Shown here one piece after another: positions 35,105-49,700 of a DNA stretch of 64,000 bases. The notes under the pieces were generated by a model. That model was given only the letters and a program-made list of their open reading frames with translations, had not been told where the DNA came from and ran no database searches. The position numbers and the translations under genes are program-made. This DNA is from Neovahlkampfia damariscottae (Eukaryota): assembly GCA_016618085.1 (NCBI GenBank), contig JABLTG010000019.1, forward strand, positions 62,001-126,000, in the 5' to 3' direction. Within the stretch, counting starts at the first letter, position 1. Each line of letters opens with the position of its first letter.

Positions 35105-37741
35105 ATTGTTCATTTTCAATGGAGAATTGAATTGAATTTTGAATTGATACAATTTGAAATGATAAAAAATCATCTTCATCTTTCAATATTGAATAATAAA
35201 AACCATTTTCATCATCCCATTTCCAATTTAAATCTAACAGAAAATCAAATTGATTTGTAACATTTAATATCATTTCAGGTTCAGGATGTCGAAATAATAA
35301 TGCAGAACCTCTTGATTTTATAAAATCATATTCTTCAATTTTCATTTTTAAATTTTTTATAAAATCAAATTTCTTTTTTGTTAAATCAATTTTAAAATTT
35401 AAATTAACATTTTTCAAATCATTTTTTTTTGCAAATTCAAAAGAGATAAAATTCAAAGGATATTTAAAATATTTTGAATGTAAATCAAATTTCTTTAAAT
35501 TATAATATAAATTATTTTTTCGATATTTAAATTTATCTTCTTGTTTTAAATTATCAATTCTATTGAGATAAATTTTAAATTTAAATAATTTTTCAATTTT
35601 TGGTAAATTTAATTTAATTTCTTTTTTTTTAATAAAATTATTAGTTTGTAATGTCGATGTTGAATTTTCAATTTTCCAATTTTTCAATTTATTTTCCCAT
35701 TCAATTAAACCAGAATTAAAATTTTCATTTTCATCTAAAATAAGTTTAATTTTGTTTGTTTTATCAATTTTCATTTTCAAAGAAATTTGATTATATCCAT
35801 TATCCTTATTTTCAATAATTTTATTTTTTTTAATTTCTTCTAATTCTTCTTTAAGAAATATATTTTTAAAAAGATTTTCTTCTTCTTGTTCAATTTCCAT
35901 AACATCTTGATAATTTCCTTCAATAGAGAATTTAATTTCTCTATTAAATTTTTCTTCTTCTTCTTTTTTTAAACGTTCTTTTTCTAATTCAATTCTTAAA
36001 AGATGTTCTTTTTCTTCTTGTTCTTTCATTTGTTTTCTTTTTAATTCTTCTTCTTCTTTTTGTTTTTTCAATTCTTCAATTCTTTTCATTTCTTCAATTC
36101 TTTTCAATTCTTGATTTTTTTTAAATTCTTCTTCTTTTTTTAACTTAATTTCTTCTTGATTTTTAATTGCTTCTTGTTGTTTTTTTTGTAATTCTTCTTG
36201 TTTTTTTTTTATTAACATTTCTTGTTGTTTCTTTTTTTCTTCTTCTTCTTTGGCTAATTCTTCAGGTGATTTTTTCTTTTTTGCCATCATTTCTTCATGT
36301 AATTTTAATTCTCTAATTCGATCTTGTTTTAATTTTTCTCCTCTTAATCTTTTAATTCTTTCTTGTTCTTCTTTTTCTTTTTTTAATTTTTCTTCATTGG
36401 ATGATTGTTTTGATTGATTTAATTGGATTTCTTGTTCATTTGTTGTTGTTGGTGGTTTCACTGGTTCTTTGACTGTAATTTTAAATTCTCTAATTGGTTC
36501 TTTAACAATTTCCTCTTTAGGAGGTAAAACAACAACTTTTTGAACAGTTGCACTTGATGTTGTTTTTGGTTGTTTTACTGATTTTGGTGTTCTTTTTTTT
36601 ATTTTTGTTTTTGGTTGTGGTGTTTTTGTTGTTTTCTTTACAACTTTTGAGACATTTTCTTTTTTAATTTTGATAGAATCAAGACTCATATTATTGAAAT
36701 CTTCATCTTTCTCATCATCTTCACTTTCAATGTCATCACCTTCAAAAATTTCAATCAATTTTTCTTGTGGTGTTTTTGGAAAAACTACTGATTCATTCTT
36801 AACTTTCAATGATTTATTCTCTTCATCTTTGATCATTTTCTTTATTTTAGCTGCAAATTTTTTGAATTCTTCATTAATTTTAATGGTATCAGATAAACAA
36901 TTGAAAATATGATTTAAATCAAATTTAAGTGAGTTTAGACTTCGATAATAGTTTAAATCACATCTACTAATGATTGTCATAAAAAATATTGGATATGGAA
37001 ATTTTTTTCCATTTATAGCAGGTACCCCAATATAATGAAATTTCTTCAAAACATTGGAAATTTTTTTTTCAAAAGCTGGATCGATTTTTTTGTTTAATTT
37101 AACTTTGTTTTCTGTTAGAATATCCCAACATGATACATCAGATTCACTTCCATCTTCCCATGACGCTGTTATATTCTCCCAAATTTTTTCTGTATTAATT
37201 TTTTGTACGATACCTTTATATGGCTCTTTATCAAAGGTAACTCTTATTACATCTTTAACTTTTAAATTATTCATGATTTTTTTCGTTTCGTCAAATAATT
37301 CTTTTAAAATTAAAAAAAAAGGAAGTCCATCAAGCATAACAAAAAAACTGATATTCAAGCATTCATCAGGTTTGTCTTTCCTTTGAAGTTTGATTTTAGA
37401 GTAGAAAATACCAGCTTCTATTAATTTATATTCTAAATTTGCAACTTTACAATCAATGTATTGTTCTTTGGCTGGTTTTTCATTTTTATCAAAATATTGT
37501 AATAAATTTGGAAAATTATCTTTGATTTCTTGTTGATATTTTTTATAACCTTCTGGTATGAAATAACAATCATCGTCCAACTTGGATTTAAAATTTTTTT
37601 TTTTTTTCGAACCTGAAGTAGGTATTCTGTTGGATCGAATTTAGATTCCAAGTAAAGAATTTGTGGTGTTTGAGGTATTGATTCAGTTTCAATTTTTAGT
37701 TTTTTCTTTTGTTCTTCTTCTGCTTCAAATTTTCTCTTCAT
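35091..37741 (-). CDS. BRWD/PHIP-like chromatin protein (ancillary/Tudor-like region, degenerate bromodomain, coiled coil), 1 intron
   Basis: YLLQ|LDDDCYFIPEGY, WEDGSESDVSCWD and YPIFFMTIISRCDLNYYRSLNSLKFDL resemble the PHIP/BRWD segments around bromodomain 1. Confidence 0.6.
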
Positions 37742-37793
37742 TTTTTGACCAATGAAAAAGATCAGTAACTTTGAAAAAGGAAAATAAAATTTT

Positions 37794-40700
37794 TTATTTT
37801 TTTGTTATGATTGAAGCAAAATCTTCATCTTCATCATTAAAATCATCTTCCACACTAAAACTGTTGAATTCCATTTCTACTTTTTTAGGTTCTGTTCTCT
37901 TATAAGTTTTTTTTTCTTCAGGAGGAACAGTTTCTATTGTTTCAGTTTTTTTTTCTTCTTCTTCTTTTGAAGTTTCAATTTTCTCTTCAACTGGTGGCAC
38001 TTGTGGTTTGATATCTTCAGTCGGTTCGAGACCCAAATCCATCATGATTTCTGATAATTCTTGTTTTTCTCTTTCAATTGTTTTTCTGTAAACAGGAGCA
38101 GGTTTATTTGAGATTTCTTCTGTTTTTGGTGTTGATTTGATTTCTTCATTTGTTGTTGGAGTTGGTGGAATAATTTCAACTGCAAGTTCTTTATCAGAAG
38201 TTGATTTGTCAAATTCAATAATATCAGTTCTCTCCAATGACTTTCTTGAAGCATTTTTGAGTCTTGATAAATCTTTGGTACCAACTTTTTTGACAGTTCC
38301 AATTGCATGCACACTTTTCTTTTTCTCTAATTCTTTTCCAGATGTTTTTTCATTTCTGAATGATTTTTTGACACTTGATAAGAGTTTTGCTGTACTATTT
38401 CCCTTTTCAAGTTTTTGAACTCTAGCATCTTCTTTTGCAATTTCAGCTTGAAGATCTGCCAAATTCATTCCACCTCCACGTGTACTTCCTGATTTAGAAT
38501 TTGAACTATTATGTGAAGAACCATTTGGATCACTTGAGCTATTTCTTCCACTTGATAATTGAGATTTTCTTTTTTCTTCTTGAATTGATTTTCTGTATTG
38601 AGATTTTCTCTTTTTTAATTCAACTTTTTCGAAATCTTTGCTCATACTTCCATGTTTTGATTTGAATTTCTTAAGTTTCATTGCATATTCAGGATCATCT
38701 TTTTGAAGTTGTTTAATATAAGCTTCGACTTCTTTATCCTCTTCTGATTTCTTTGAAAATTTCTTCACAATTTTAGATGAAGTTTTTTGTCCTTTTCTTC
38801 TTATCAAGAAAATCTTTCTTCCAATTCTTTGCCATGATAATAAATCATAGAAAATATCATTCATGGTTGAGAAATTCTCTTCAGGTGTTTCTGAATCGGT
38901 GAAAAAGTTCATTGGTTTATAATCATAATCAACATCCCATGGGACATCTTTGACTTGAAACATTTCATCATTTGGATCCTTTTCATGTAAAGCAATCAAT
39001 AATTTTCTTGTTTCTTCATCATGTTCTTGATTTCTAATTAATTTTCTTAATCTCATTTTTGCTTTCTTTTTATCATTTTTTCTTCTTGTATTTGCATCCC
39101 ATAAAATCATACTCACAACAATACAAGTACTTCCAATAATGACAAAGAATGCTAAATACTCTGCAAGACCTTTGGTTCCTTCTGGAAATTGATCAACAAA
39201 AAATAAAAATCCAAAGAACAAAGTAGTCATTGTAACAATGATAACAAAATAATCCATCACATTATGAAATTTTCTTTTAAATGGAACAAAGTTTGTATGT
39301 AATAAAAATCCCATGAATAACAAAAATATACCTGAAACAATGACCAACATTTCATCCAAGAAAATGTAAAGAATTGATAAAATGGTTTTTCTTAATGTAA
39401 TAACAGCTTCCCAAAAGAATAACTTGTTTCTAAATCTAGATAACATGAATTTGTTTCTTTCTCTAAAATTTGTTTGTTTTGACCATTCTGAATATTTGAA
39501 AAAGACCAAAATGAAATATGCAGCACTTCCACCACCAAACACTAAATACCATAATATAGTCATTGGCATCATGGTAAACCAAGTGGCATCTTGATAACAA
39601 CGAATATCAGGTGAACTATTTAATGTGTAAGTACCATCAGGTTGTTGAGTGCAAACAAATACTTCTGAAGCTGTTGTCATAATAAAAATGAATGTGAAAC
39701 TCAAAAATGCAAAAAATGCGTTGATGATACGATTCAAAATTTTAACTAATTCTCTCCCTGAAGATTTGGAAGTGAAAAACCAAATAAAAAAGTTAACAAT
39801 CATTCCAAAAATATTTTTGATCATTCTAATTAATTTTGCAATGAATGCCTTGGATTTCTTTTTTTGTTTCTTTTCTTCTTCATCTAAATCATCATCGTCA
39901 TCTGAAACGAATCCACTTGTGACAGGTTTGACAAATTTAATTTGAATTTTTACTAATGTAAATAATTTGATAACAACTGTAGCAAAAATTGATCTGATAA
40001 TTAAAATACAGTATAATGTTCCAAAACTTGCTAAAAAGTAAATTGGCATCAACATTTGTAACACCCATAATGAAACATATGTCATATTTGGAAAAATACA
40101 ATTTGGACTGAGAAAATCAGTGTTGAAATTTGAAACTGATGATGCTGTTAATGTACCTCCAATCAATGATGGCCATTGGATATCAAATCTTGCAAACATT
40201 GACAAAACTTGCCAAAATGAGAAAGCAATAGCAATAGATGCTAAATGATGAACTTTTGCGGATGATAAAGCAAAGAAAAGTCCAGTAACTAATGCCAATA
40301 AACCAGCAATTCCAAACAAACGAAGCCAAATTAACCATGGTTCACCGCATGGACCACATTGATTTCTAAATTTATACCAATTATCTTCACATTGACCACA
40401 ACGAATTCCTCTGTAACCTGTTGTACAATTTTCAGGGGCAAAGCCACCACATGATTTTTTTGGAATACATGAATAAAAGTTATTGAAATTTGTCTTAAAG
40501 TTATAGAATCCAGGTAAAGCCAATGGTTCTGTTGTGTTAAAATTGCAAAAAGCCCCAGAAGGACAAGATATACATTTTTCGTTCGCACCAGCATGTTGAT
40601 CATAATTTGGATTGACGTAAAAATTTTCATCACACAAACAATCAGTATGTGAAGTTGATCCAATTGAAATTCCAGTTGTATTACCAGGACATTTTTCACA

Positions 40701-43700
40701 AAAAGTTGCTCCAGCAAATGGATTGAAAGTTCCATTTTCACATTTCAAACATTCATATAATCCTCTTGTTGGTTTATAAGCACCTGGAGGACAAAGTTCA
40801 CATGGTTGTTTGTAATTTGTTGCAGTGTATCCAGCATCACATGTTAAATAAGTGAATAGAGTTGTAGAATTCACCGGATGCCAATCAATCTTATTATAAC
40901 TCATTGAGAATACTACTTCTCCAGGTGGATGCTGTTGTACATCACAAATGAGTGAATTATCATCTATTCTTTCACATGTTTTCTCGCAAAGAATATTTCC
41001 AAATTTACAATAAATAAATGGAGCTGAAGTTCTTGTTGGAATAATTCCATTTCCAAAAATAGTTATTTGTAATCCACCAAAAGAAGGAGAAGAAGTTGGA
41101 ATTGTACTTGTCAAAGTAGGTGCTTCAAAGAATTCGATTGTAAATCCATTAGTATTGATTTCTCCTTGTTGATTCTTCATTGTAATGTATAATGAACTTC
41201 TATTTTTTGTGAGAGATTCAGGAATTGGACATAAAATACTAGAACTATTTCCTTCTGAAACAGTAATTGGAGGTGAATAATATAATTCCAATCCTGATTT
41301 TGCATTGAATGAATTTGAATAAATTGAACAATTCTTTCCCAATGGTAAATTTAAACCAAAAAATGTAACATTCAAATCTCTTCTAAGACTGAATGTTGGA
41401 TTAATTCCTGTCAAAAGTGGTTGTGGAAATGAGTTTTCATAAGTGAAAGGCAAATATTGATAATCATGTCCATTATTGAATGTTAATCCAAGTGATAAAG
41501 TGAATGGATAATTAATTTGATATTTGATGTTGAGTTTTTCAGTTTTTGGTGATGTGAATGATATTTCAGTTGATGATTTGATTTTAATATTAGCAATTGA
41601 AGTGATATCATAAACACCTTCTGAATTTTTCAAAATCAATTTCACTTCATTCATACTTGCAGAAACATTGAATCCAGTTCCTTTGATTGTACCTGATAAA
41701 TCTCTGGTTGATAAGAAATTAACTAAATTTTGAATTTCCGGTGTTTTATCTGGTGACACACTTTCAAGAGTGTAAGGTGAAAGTAAATTTTGATAATTTG
41801 TAATGTAATCATAATTTACACCACCATTGAATGATACATCAACTTGAACAGATTTGGCATTTGAAGTTGGGATTATTGCAGTCACTTGAGAATCAGAAAT
41901 AGTTCCTGGTACAACAACTACCGTATTTTCAACTGCGAACAAAACATTATTGATCAAAGTGAATCTAAATAAAGCAGAAGTGAATGATTTGAAATTTCCA
42001 TTGATCACCATTGGATTTGAACTATTTTGAATCATAATGTTCTTTGGATCTATAGATGTAATGTTTGTTTCTTTGAAGTCAAAAACTGTGATTTGATTTT
42101 GAGCATAAAGATACATATCATTCCAGTTGTTATTATCATCAAGGAGTCCAAGTTTCACAGTATACAATCCTGATACTGTTGGATGTGAAAGTAAACTACA
42201 TGAGTCAAAGTTTGTGCAATTTAATTCAACAAAATATGTTGAATTATAATATAAACGAGATCCAAGTGTATTTTTTGTGTTATTGTAATGAATTAATTCC
42301 TTTTGAAGTCCTGTAATTTTGATTCCCTGAGATTTAACTCCCAAAACTAAAAGGGATGGAGAAACTGCAAAATTTGCACTTCTAGATATTGTTACAGAAA
42401 CCTTTGAAGTTGTATAATAATCACCATTATTGAATGAAACTTTAGTCATCAAAGTACGAGGGAATTGAACATCCAAATTATAAAATGGGTCTATTTTTGC
42501 ATAGATATGAGTTGAATTAATATAAACTCCTTTTGATACTTGGTTGACAAAATCATCAAAAAATGAAACTTGAATATCTGATGTATTCATGAAATTTAAA
42601 CCTACAATGTAAATTTCAGTGTTTGAAATGAATGACAAATCTGTTTTTGATGTTGATGAAATGGTAATATTGCTATCATCAAAAAATTGAAGTTTCTTTC
42701 CAAGAGATTGAAAATTCTTTTTATCAATGGAAGTGAATAACTCATAAGTTCCTACTTCAGAAACACTTGGAATTGAACAAATCAAAACTTCTGATGATTC
42801 AACAATACAACCTTCAGAAAATTGAAGACTTCCTTTTACAACTTTAAAATTGATATCATTTCCAGGAAATTCAAAAGATGATGTTGCAAAACGTATTTTT
42901 GATGCTCTTCCTATTTTCATATAATTTGATGGTGAAACACTGTATATATTAAAAAATGGATATGCAGTGAAGTAAGGAATAATATTGAGAGCATAAGTTC
43001 CATCTAATCTTAAATCAACCAAAAATTTTCGAGCACCATTCCAAGATGAAAATGAATTTTGAACGTTTGGAAAGATACAAGAAATCAATCCGGTTCCTGA
43101 ACATGACATTGAAATATAATTGTCACCAACATAAACACCAAAAGTGAAATTATATGAAGAATAATATGATGTTGGCATTTGATATCCACCAAAACTTGCT
43201 TGAAGAGGATAACCTCCTAGAGCTGATCCAGTTGATGAAAATAAAGCTGGACTTTCGATTGCTGCTGAAATAACTGCTGGCAAACCAGTCAATTCAATTT
43301 CACCAAGTTCTGAAACAAATATTAACTTCATGTTGTATTTCATTGTGCTACCAATAGCAGTTCCAAATGTTGTAAATGTACAAGCAAAGTGAGATGATTG
43401 ATTCAGATTTGCTTGATATTCATAAGATTTCAAATCAAATGTAACAGCAGATGTTTTGTATTCTGTACTTCCATCTAAAGTGAAATTACATTTGTAAGTG
43501 AATTTTTGATTCAAAGAGTTTTTTACATTAGAGATCAAACGAACAGGTTGGTATTTTCTTTCATGATATGAAATGATGAAAGGTTTCAAATGTTCAAGAG
43601 TCAAATTTCGATAATACGTGAAGTAATCAACAGAGAATCCTTGTGAATTGATTCCTGATGTTTTATGAGAAACATAAAATGTAAAATTCAAATGACTAGG

Positions 43701-46700
43701 AAATGAGGTTACTGTTTCAAGATTCTTTCCTTTGATTAAACAATTTGGAATAGAATTTGTATAATCACAATCTACACTTGAAGTTATTGTTGTATCAATA
43801 TTAGGTGTCATATTTAATTGAAAATTGAAGTTTCCATTTGGAATTGCAAATTGTAATCCATGGATATTTGACACATCAAATTCATTTAATACTCTTGATG
43901 AATTCCATAATAATGGCTCTCTGATGAATAAGAACTTTTCATCATTGGATGTAATTGAAAAAGTTGATCCTCGAGAAGCATTCATCCAAAGAGTAATATT
44001 CAACACTTCAACAACGTTTGAAAATGTTGTTTTGTCAATAGTACATGATAATTTTGATTTTGATGCTCCAACATATTCAGCTTTAGATAACAAAATTCCA
44101 TCATTCAATGATGAGTATTGACAAAAAACTCCACGAGTCAAAAGTAAATCTGAAGCAATATCAATAGTGACAGATGAAATTAAAGAACCAGATCCAGTAA
44201 TTTTGTGACCAAGCGAAAATGGAAACATTGAAACTGTTGAAATTTGTTTCAAGAAATAAAATTGTGAATTTTGATCTTGATTTAAAGTCAAAGGAATTGA
44301 TTTTCCAGTTGCAACTGATTTAACATTAACTGTGACAAATTGAAAGAAAGCAGATGTTTTTACAGTTGAAATATCACAATCAAAATAACTTCCTGATAAA
44401 GTTGCAGTTGAAGATGCCCCATCAAAAACACATTCATAAGTAACTTTGTTTCCATAAAAATCATTAGATAATGTTGAATTCAATTGAATGCTTTGACTTT
44501 GAGCTATTGCAGCAAAAGGTAAAACACTTGTAACGTTGACATAATCAATGAATACAATATCTAATGCATTTGAAGAAATCAAAATTTCACCATTATATGC
44601 ATTGGAATCTCTGTACCATAAAGTGATCAAATTAACTCCTTCTACATTCGAAGAAGTTGAACAAATGTATTGATTGTCATTTGTGAAATATGTTGTCACA
44701 AATGTATTTCCAACTTTACATTGAACTCTAGGTTTTTGTTCAGTCAACATTTTGACATCATTTGTTAATACAACTGTGAAGTTTGTTAATTGGTTAACGT
44801 ATCCGACGTTATTTGTACCAACAAGAAATTCTGTTGTTGATTTTTCTAAAATAGTTATATTTTTAGCCTTTGAAATAGCAAACATGGATCTGAATTCAAT
44901 TGAATCTTCATTTTTGTAATAAAGCTGAATTTCATACGTTCCAAGAGTATTTGTGGCACCATCAAGAGGTGTTATGGATTTTTGAACTTGAACCGTATTT
45001 GATAATTGTCCAAATGAGTTATCTTGACGTAAATTTGTTGTTGAAGCAAATACTAACACCAATTCCCCTTTCACAAGTGTAAGTTCTTGATTCATTGTAA
45101 TATTTATTGGGAATGTTGCATCATCAACAGAAACTACTTGAGGATAGTAACTAACAATTTCTCTTTCTTCGTAAATGATCCAAAAAACTGATAAATTTTT
45201 TGAACTCAATGAAGCTTCTGCAAATCTTAATTTATATGAAGCAAATGGAGGAGCATCCACAGCCGGGAGTGCAGGTGAAATACACTTCAATGATGAATTC
45301 ACTTTATCACAAAGGAAATAGTATTTTGAATCCAATGAAGGCTGTGTGAATGTGATATTTGAAGGAACACGTTGATAATCTCCAATTTCTACATTTTGGT
45401 TCCCAGTAGCAAATCCATAAGATGGGTTCAAAAAATCTGAACTAATAAATTGGAATGTTTCGTCTAAAATAGTGATTTTCCTTTCAAGTCCTTTGGCTGT
45501 CATCCAAATACTTATAAATGCTTTTTGTTCAACTGTACCAGTTACAGCACATGAAAATACTCCACCTGGAAGAATAGATGCAGGAGTTGTTGTTGCATAT
45601 CTACTGACATTCGTTCCATACTTACATGTGAAGTTAGCTTCACCATAATCAAGTGATGTGTCAAATGCAGTGGTAATTGTTAAAGTGTTTGTGCGATTCA
45701 CAATTGCAGCAACAGGAGATAAACCAGTGATTAAAGATTTGACAGCAAAAACAACATCCAAAGTGTTATTTGATAGTTGAAAACTATATCCATCTTGTTT
45801 GTACCATAAAGATAATTGTTTCTTTCCTCCAATTGTCGTTGAAGTTACTGATCTAAATTGATATGTATTTCCAACATTTGTGGTGAAGTTATTTATAGTA
45901 CTGAATCCAGATACATCAGATAATTTTGTTGCAAAATTACCAACTAAATTCAATGGTATAAATGTTGTAATGTTGACATGAAATTCAACATTAGTTGCAG
46001 TATAAAAGAATTGAGTTTGATCTGAAAATGAAAATTCAATATCTGTTGGTGTTAAATAATAAAATGTAGTTGTAGATGGATTTGTGGTAATGAAAATTTC
46101 TTTCTCTCCTGAAAGTTGTGGAACTTTGAAAAATGATTTTAGTTGAATTGAACTTGATTTATGATCATTATAGGTTACTGGACAATTCAATACTTTATCA
46201 TTCACTTTCTGAGCTAAAGATCCATTTGTATTATATTCACAGTAAAAATCAATTTTTTGTGTGAATGAATTCTTCATTGCACTTTCATTGAAGGTTAAAG
46301 TCAAATTCAAATTATTTCCAACCAAAGCTGCAAGAGGGAATATATTTGTGATTTCATGATTTTCATACAAAATTAAACCTTGATTGACATCTACTAAATC
46401 TGAGAATCCACTTAAAGGTTTTTGATATTGAATTTTGAATTTTAATAAGTAAATATCAACAGCACTTTGTGTTGGAATGCTTGTTTTAGAGCATGAAATG
46501 AATCCATCACCACTTCCAACTGTACATGAGAATTCATTTCCATCAGTTGAAACAATTTTATGTGGATAAGATCTGTAGTTTGATGGCACCGCAATTAAAA
46601 CTGAATTATTCCTTCTAACAGATAAACTTGTTGATGCAGGAAAATTTGAATATTCAGGAACGAATTGTAATTTAACCATTTGAACAATTGAATCTTCATT

Positions 46701-49700
46701 TGAGATTATACCAGAAAGTCCAACAACAGAGGCATCATTGATATTTAATGAAATTCTAACATCTTCTTCTGATCCAGTTGAATTGAATGAGCATGAAAAT
46801 AATCTTTCATCCATTAAATTTTTCACAATTGGAACTTGTTTTGAACGAATTTCACAATAAAAATTATATCCAGGATGTAACTTTTTGCTAATATTGAATT
46901 CTGCAGTGAGAGATGAATCTTTATGTTTCAAAGTATCTCCTACATAAGGCAATGCTGACACGAATGTCACATTACTCTTAAAAATGTTTGAGTTCATTGT
47001 GAAGTTGACAACATCTGAAAAATATGCTGAAGTGACTTGTAATTGATAATCAAGTCTCATTGGAGTGTGAGTCAATGATAAATCTTGAATCATACATTCA
47101 GGTGATAATGAATTAAATTCACAATGGAGGTATTTTGATGGATTTGTTGATGAATATTCTGGAGTTAATTTCAATTTGTATTGATTGAAACTGACTTTTG
47201 AATTTGCAACATTTTGAGCATCAGTAAAATTCAAAGTGAAATTTTGATTAAAATAATGATCAGTGATAGTTGCAGGAATCACAATTTGAATTGGTTCTTT
47301 CAAATAAACATATGTTAAATTATTTGAGGTCAAAATGAAATTCAAGTTGGTATTCTCTGTTGAAACATTCATATATAAATCAAATGTAATAAATTCTGAA
47401 TTTGAGTTCAAAGAATCAACAGTTAAAAGACATTCAACAAGTTTAGCGTTTCCACCAACAAAAGTTGCTTTTGAATATTTTGAAATTCCATTATGATTAA
47501 AACGACAATTCAATCCTGTATCTGTGAATAAATTTGTTGCAGCGGTGAGCTGTACAGTAGCGTTTTTATTTTGATTATCTTGTGAAAATCTATCAATAAA
47601 TGGATACAAATAATTTGTTGAAACAAGATCCATAAATATGAATTCAATAAAATTTGAACTTGCCGCAACAACTTCTTGTGTTGGAATGTAAACAGCCCAA
47701 AGAGTAATATTAATCTTCTTTCCAGATGTTGCATAAATTCCTGATTCAAAAAGAGGATTTGTGAAACTTGCATCAAATTTTGAAGAATCAAAACGAGTCT
47801 CAAATTTGACTTTTCCTGAATAATCAACATTGACGTAATTATTCCAAAGTTTTACTGTTGAATTTGTTGTCAAAGCAGCAACTGGATCAATTTTTGAAAT
47901 TGTAAATAATTTTAAGAATCCAAAACTTAAAACATTATTATTCAATGTTAATATAGTTTCATTCTTTGTTTTCACTGTTGGATCAATTGAATAGGTTGTA
48001 GAAACTGTTGAAATGGATTTCGCATTTGCATTTGGATTTCCATAATAGATGATATATCCTTCAACTGATCCAGTATCAACTTCTTGAATTTTGAAAGAAA
48101 TTGTAGTGGATATTGAGTTACATCCAACAACACGTCTTTCAATTTCTTTTCCTTTAAAAGTAACAACAATGTCACTACAATCATTTTTCATTTCTCCAAA
48201 ATTGATTAAATTCAAAGTGTTAATTGAATGTTTAAAATAGTAGTTGATGTTTAATGTTATTGCAGTAGTATAGGTAAGATTTAATTCATTTTTGAATGTT
48301 CCATGAATATTTGAAACTTTATATGCATTAATCTTTTTGTAACTCACTCCAATAGATTTGAATCCTGCTGTGGTGGAATAAATTGAACATCCATAAGTAT
48401 TAGTTCCAACAATTGATGTTGAAACAAAATTACCATCAAAACTACAAACAACACGATTTTGATAAATCAAAGGAATGTTTGCAACATTTAATTTCACAGT
48501 TGTATTATAATTTACTCCTGTATTTCCAAATTGTTTTGTTGAAGTATCATATGAAATTGCACCAAAAATAAAAAAGTATAAAGAAATAAAATTTGAAGAT
48601 AATTGGGAACGAGTTCCTTTTGTGTCTATCATCCAAAATGTTAAATTTCTATGAATTGCTGAATTAATAACACAGTTAAATTCATTTGAATCAATTCTTG
48701 TTGCTGTAATTCTTGTTCCATCTTCTAATTGACATTCCAATGAATCTTTTAATAATGGTGAAATACTTTCAGTGAATGAAAATGGAAATATTCTTGATCC
48801 ACTTAATCCAGTGACAGATCCAGATGGATAAATTGGATTTGGTTGAATAGTAAAAAATTCAAAGGTGATTTCATTCAAAATCATATCAAATGTCTGATAA
48901 ACAGCATGAATATTAAATTTGAATGTATGTGTTGTTGAATTTTGTACTGAAAGACATTTGATTGTTGTTGAGTTTAAAACAGTTGCTGAATAGTTTCCAT
49001 TTTGATGAACACAATAATATTTTACTCCTATTAATCCTGTTGAAAGTGTTGAGGCATTAAAAGTTATAAAAACATCAGTAGTAACTCCAGATAAAACTGC
49101 TTGAGGATAAACTGTTTTAACTTTGTTCTTTTTGTAAAAGACTGTTTGAAGAGTATCAATAACAACTTTTCCATCGTAAAATGAAAGAGGAACATCAATA
49201 ATATCTCCTGGATAAGTTACACTTGATGATTTTGTGCAATATAATATTTTACCACCTGAATAAGTACAAGGAAATTCCATTGAATATTGAGTATTATTCA
49301 ATTTGTAATTTTGACCAGATCTTCCAGGTAAAAGAGTTCCAGTTAAATCTGTGAAAGCAATATTTCCAATATAGGATTCATAAATTTCTGGTGTTGTAAT
49401 TTTTGTATTGACCAACCAGAAAGATATTGAATTTAATGTTACATTATATTTTTCTGAGTTTTCGTACAAGATAATTTTCTTTTCTCCAGTATTTGGAGCA
49501 CTCAATTGAATTGAACATGACACTTGATTTCCAGAATCAGTAACAGCATATCCATCAATAAAATATCCATCAGTTGAAATTCCACATTTGATTGGTTTTG
49601 AAGAATCCTTTCGATATCTTGTCATGTTTTGATTTACATTTAAAATTACTGTTTGAGTCTTTCCTGTGTTATCTGAAAAAATCAAATGACGATCAATATC

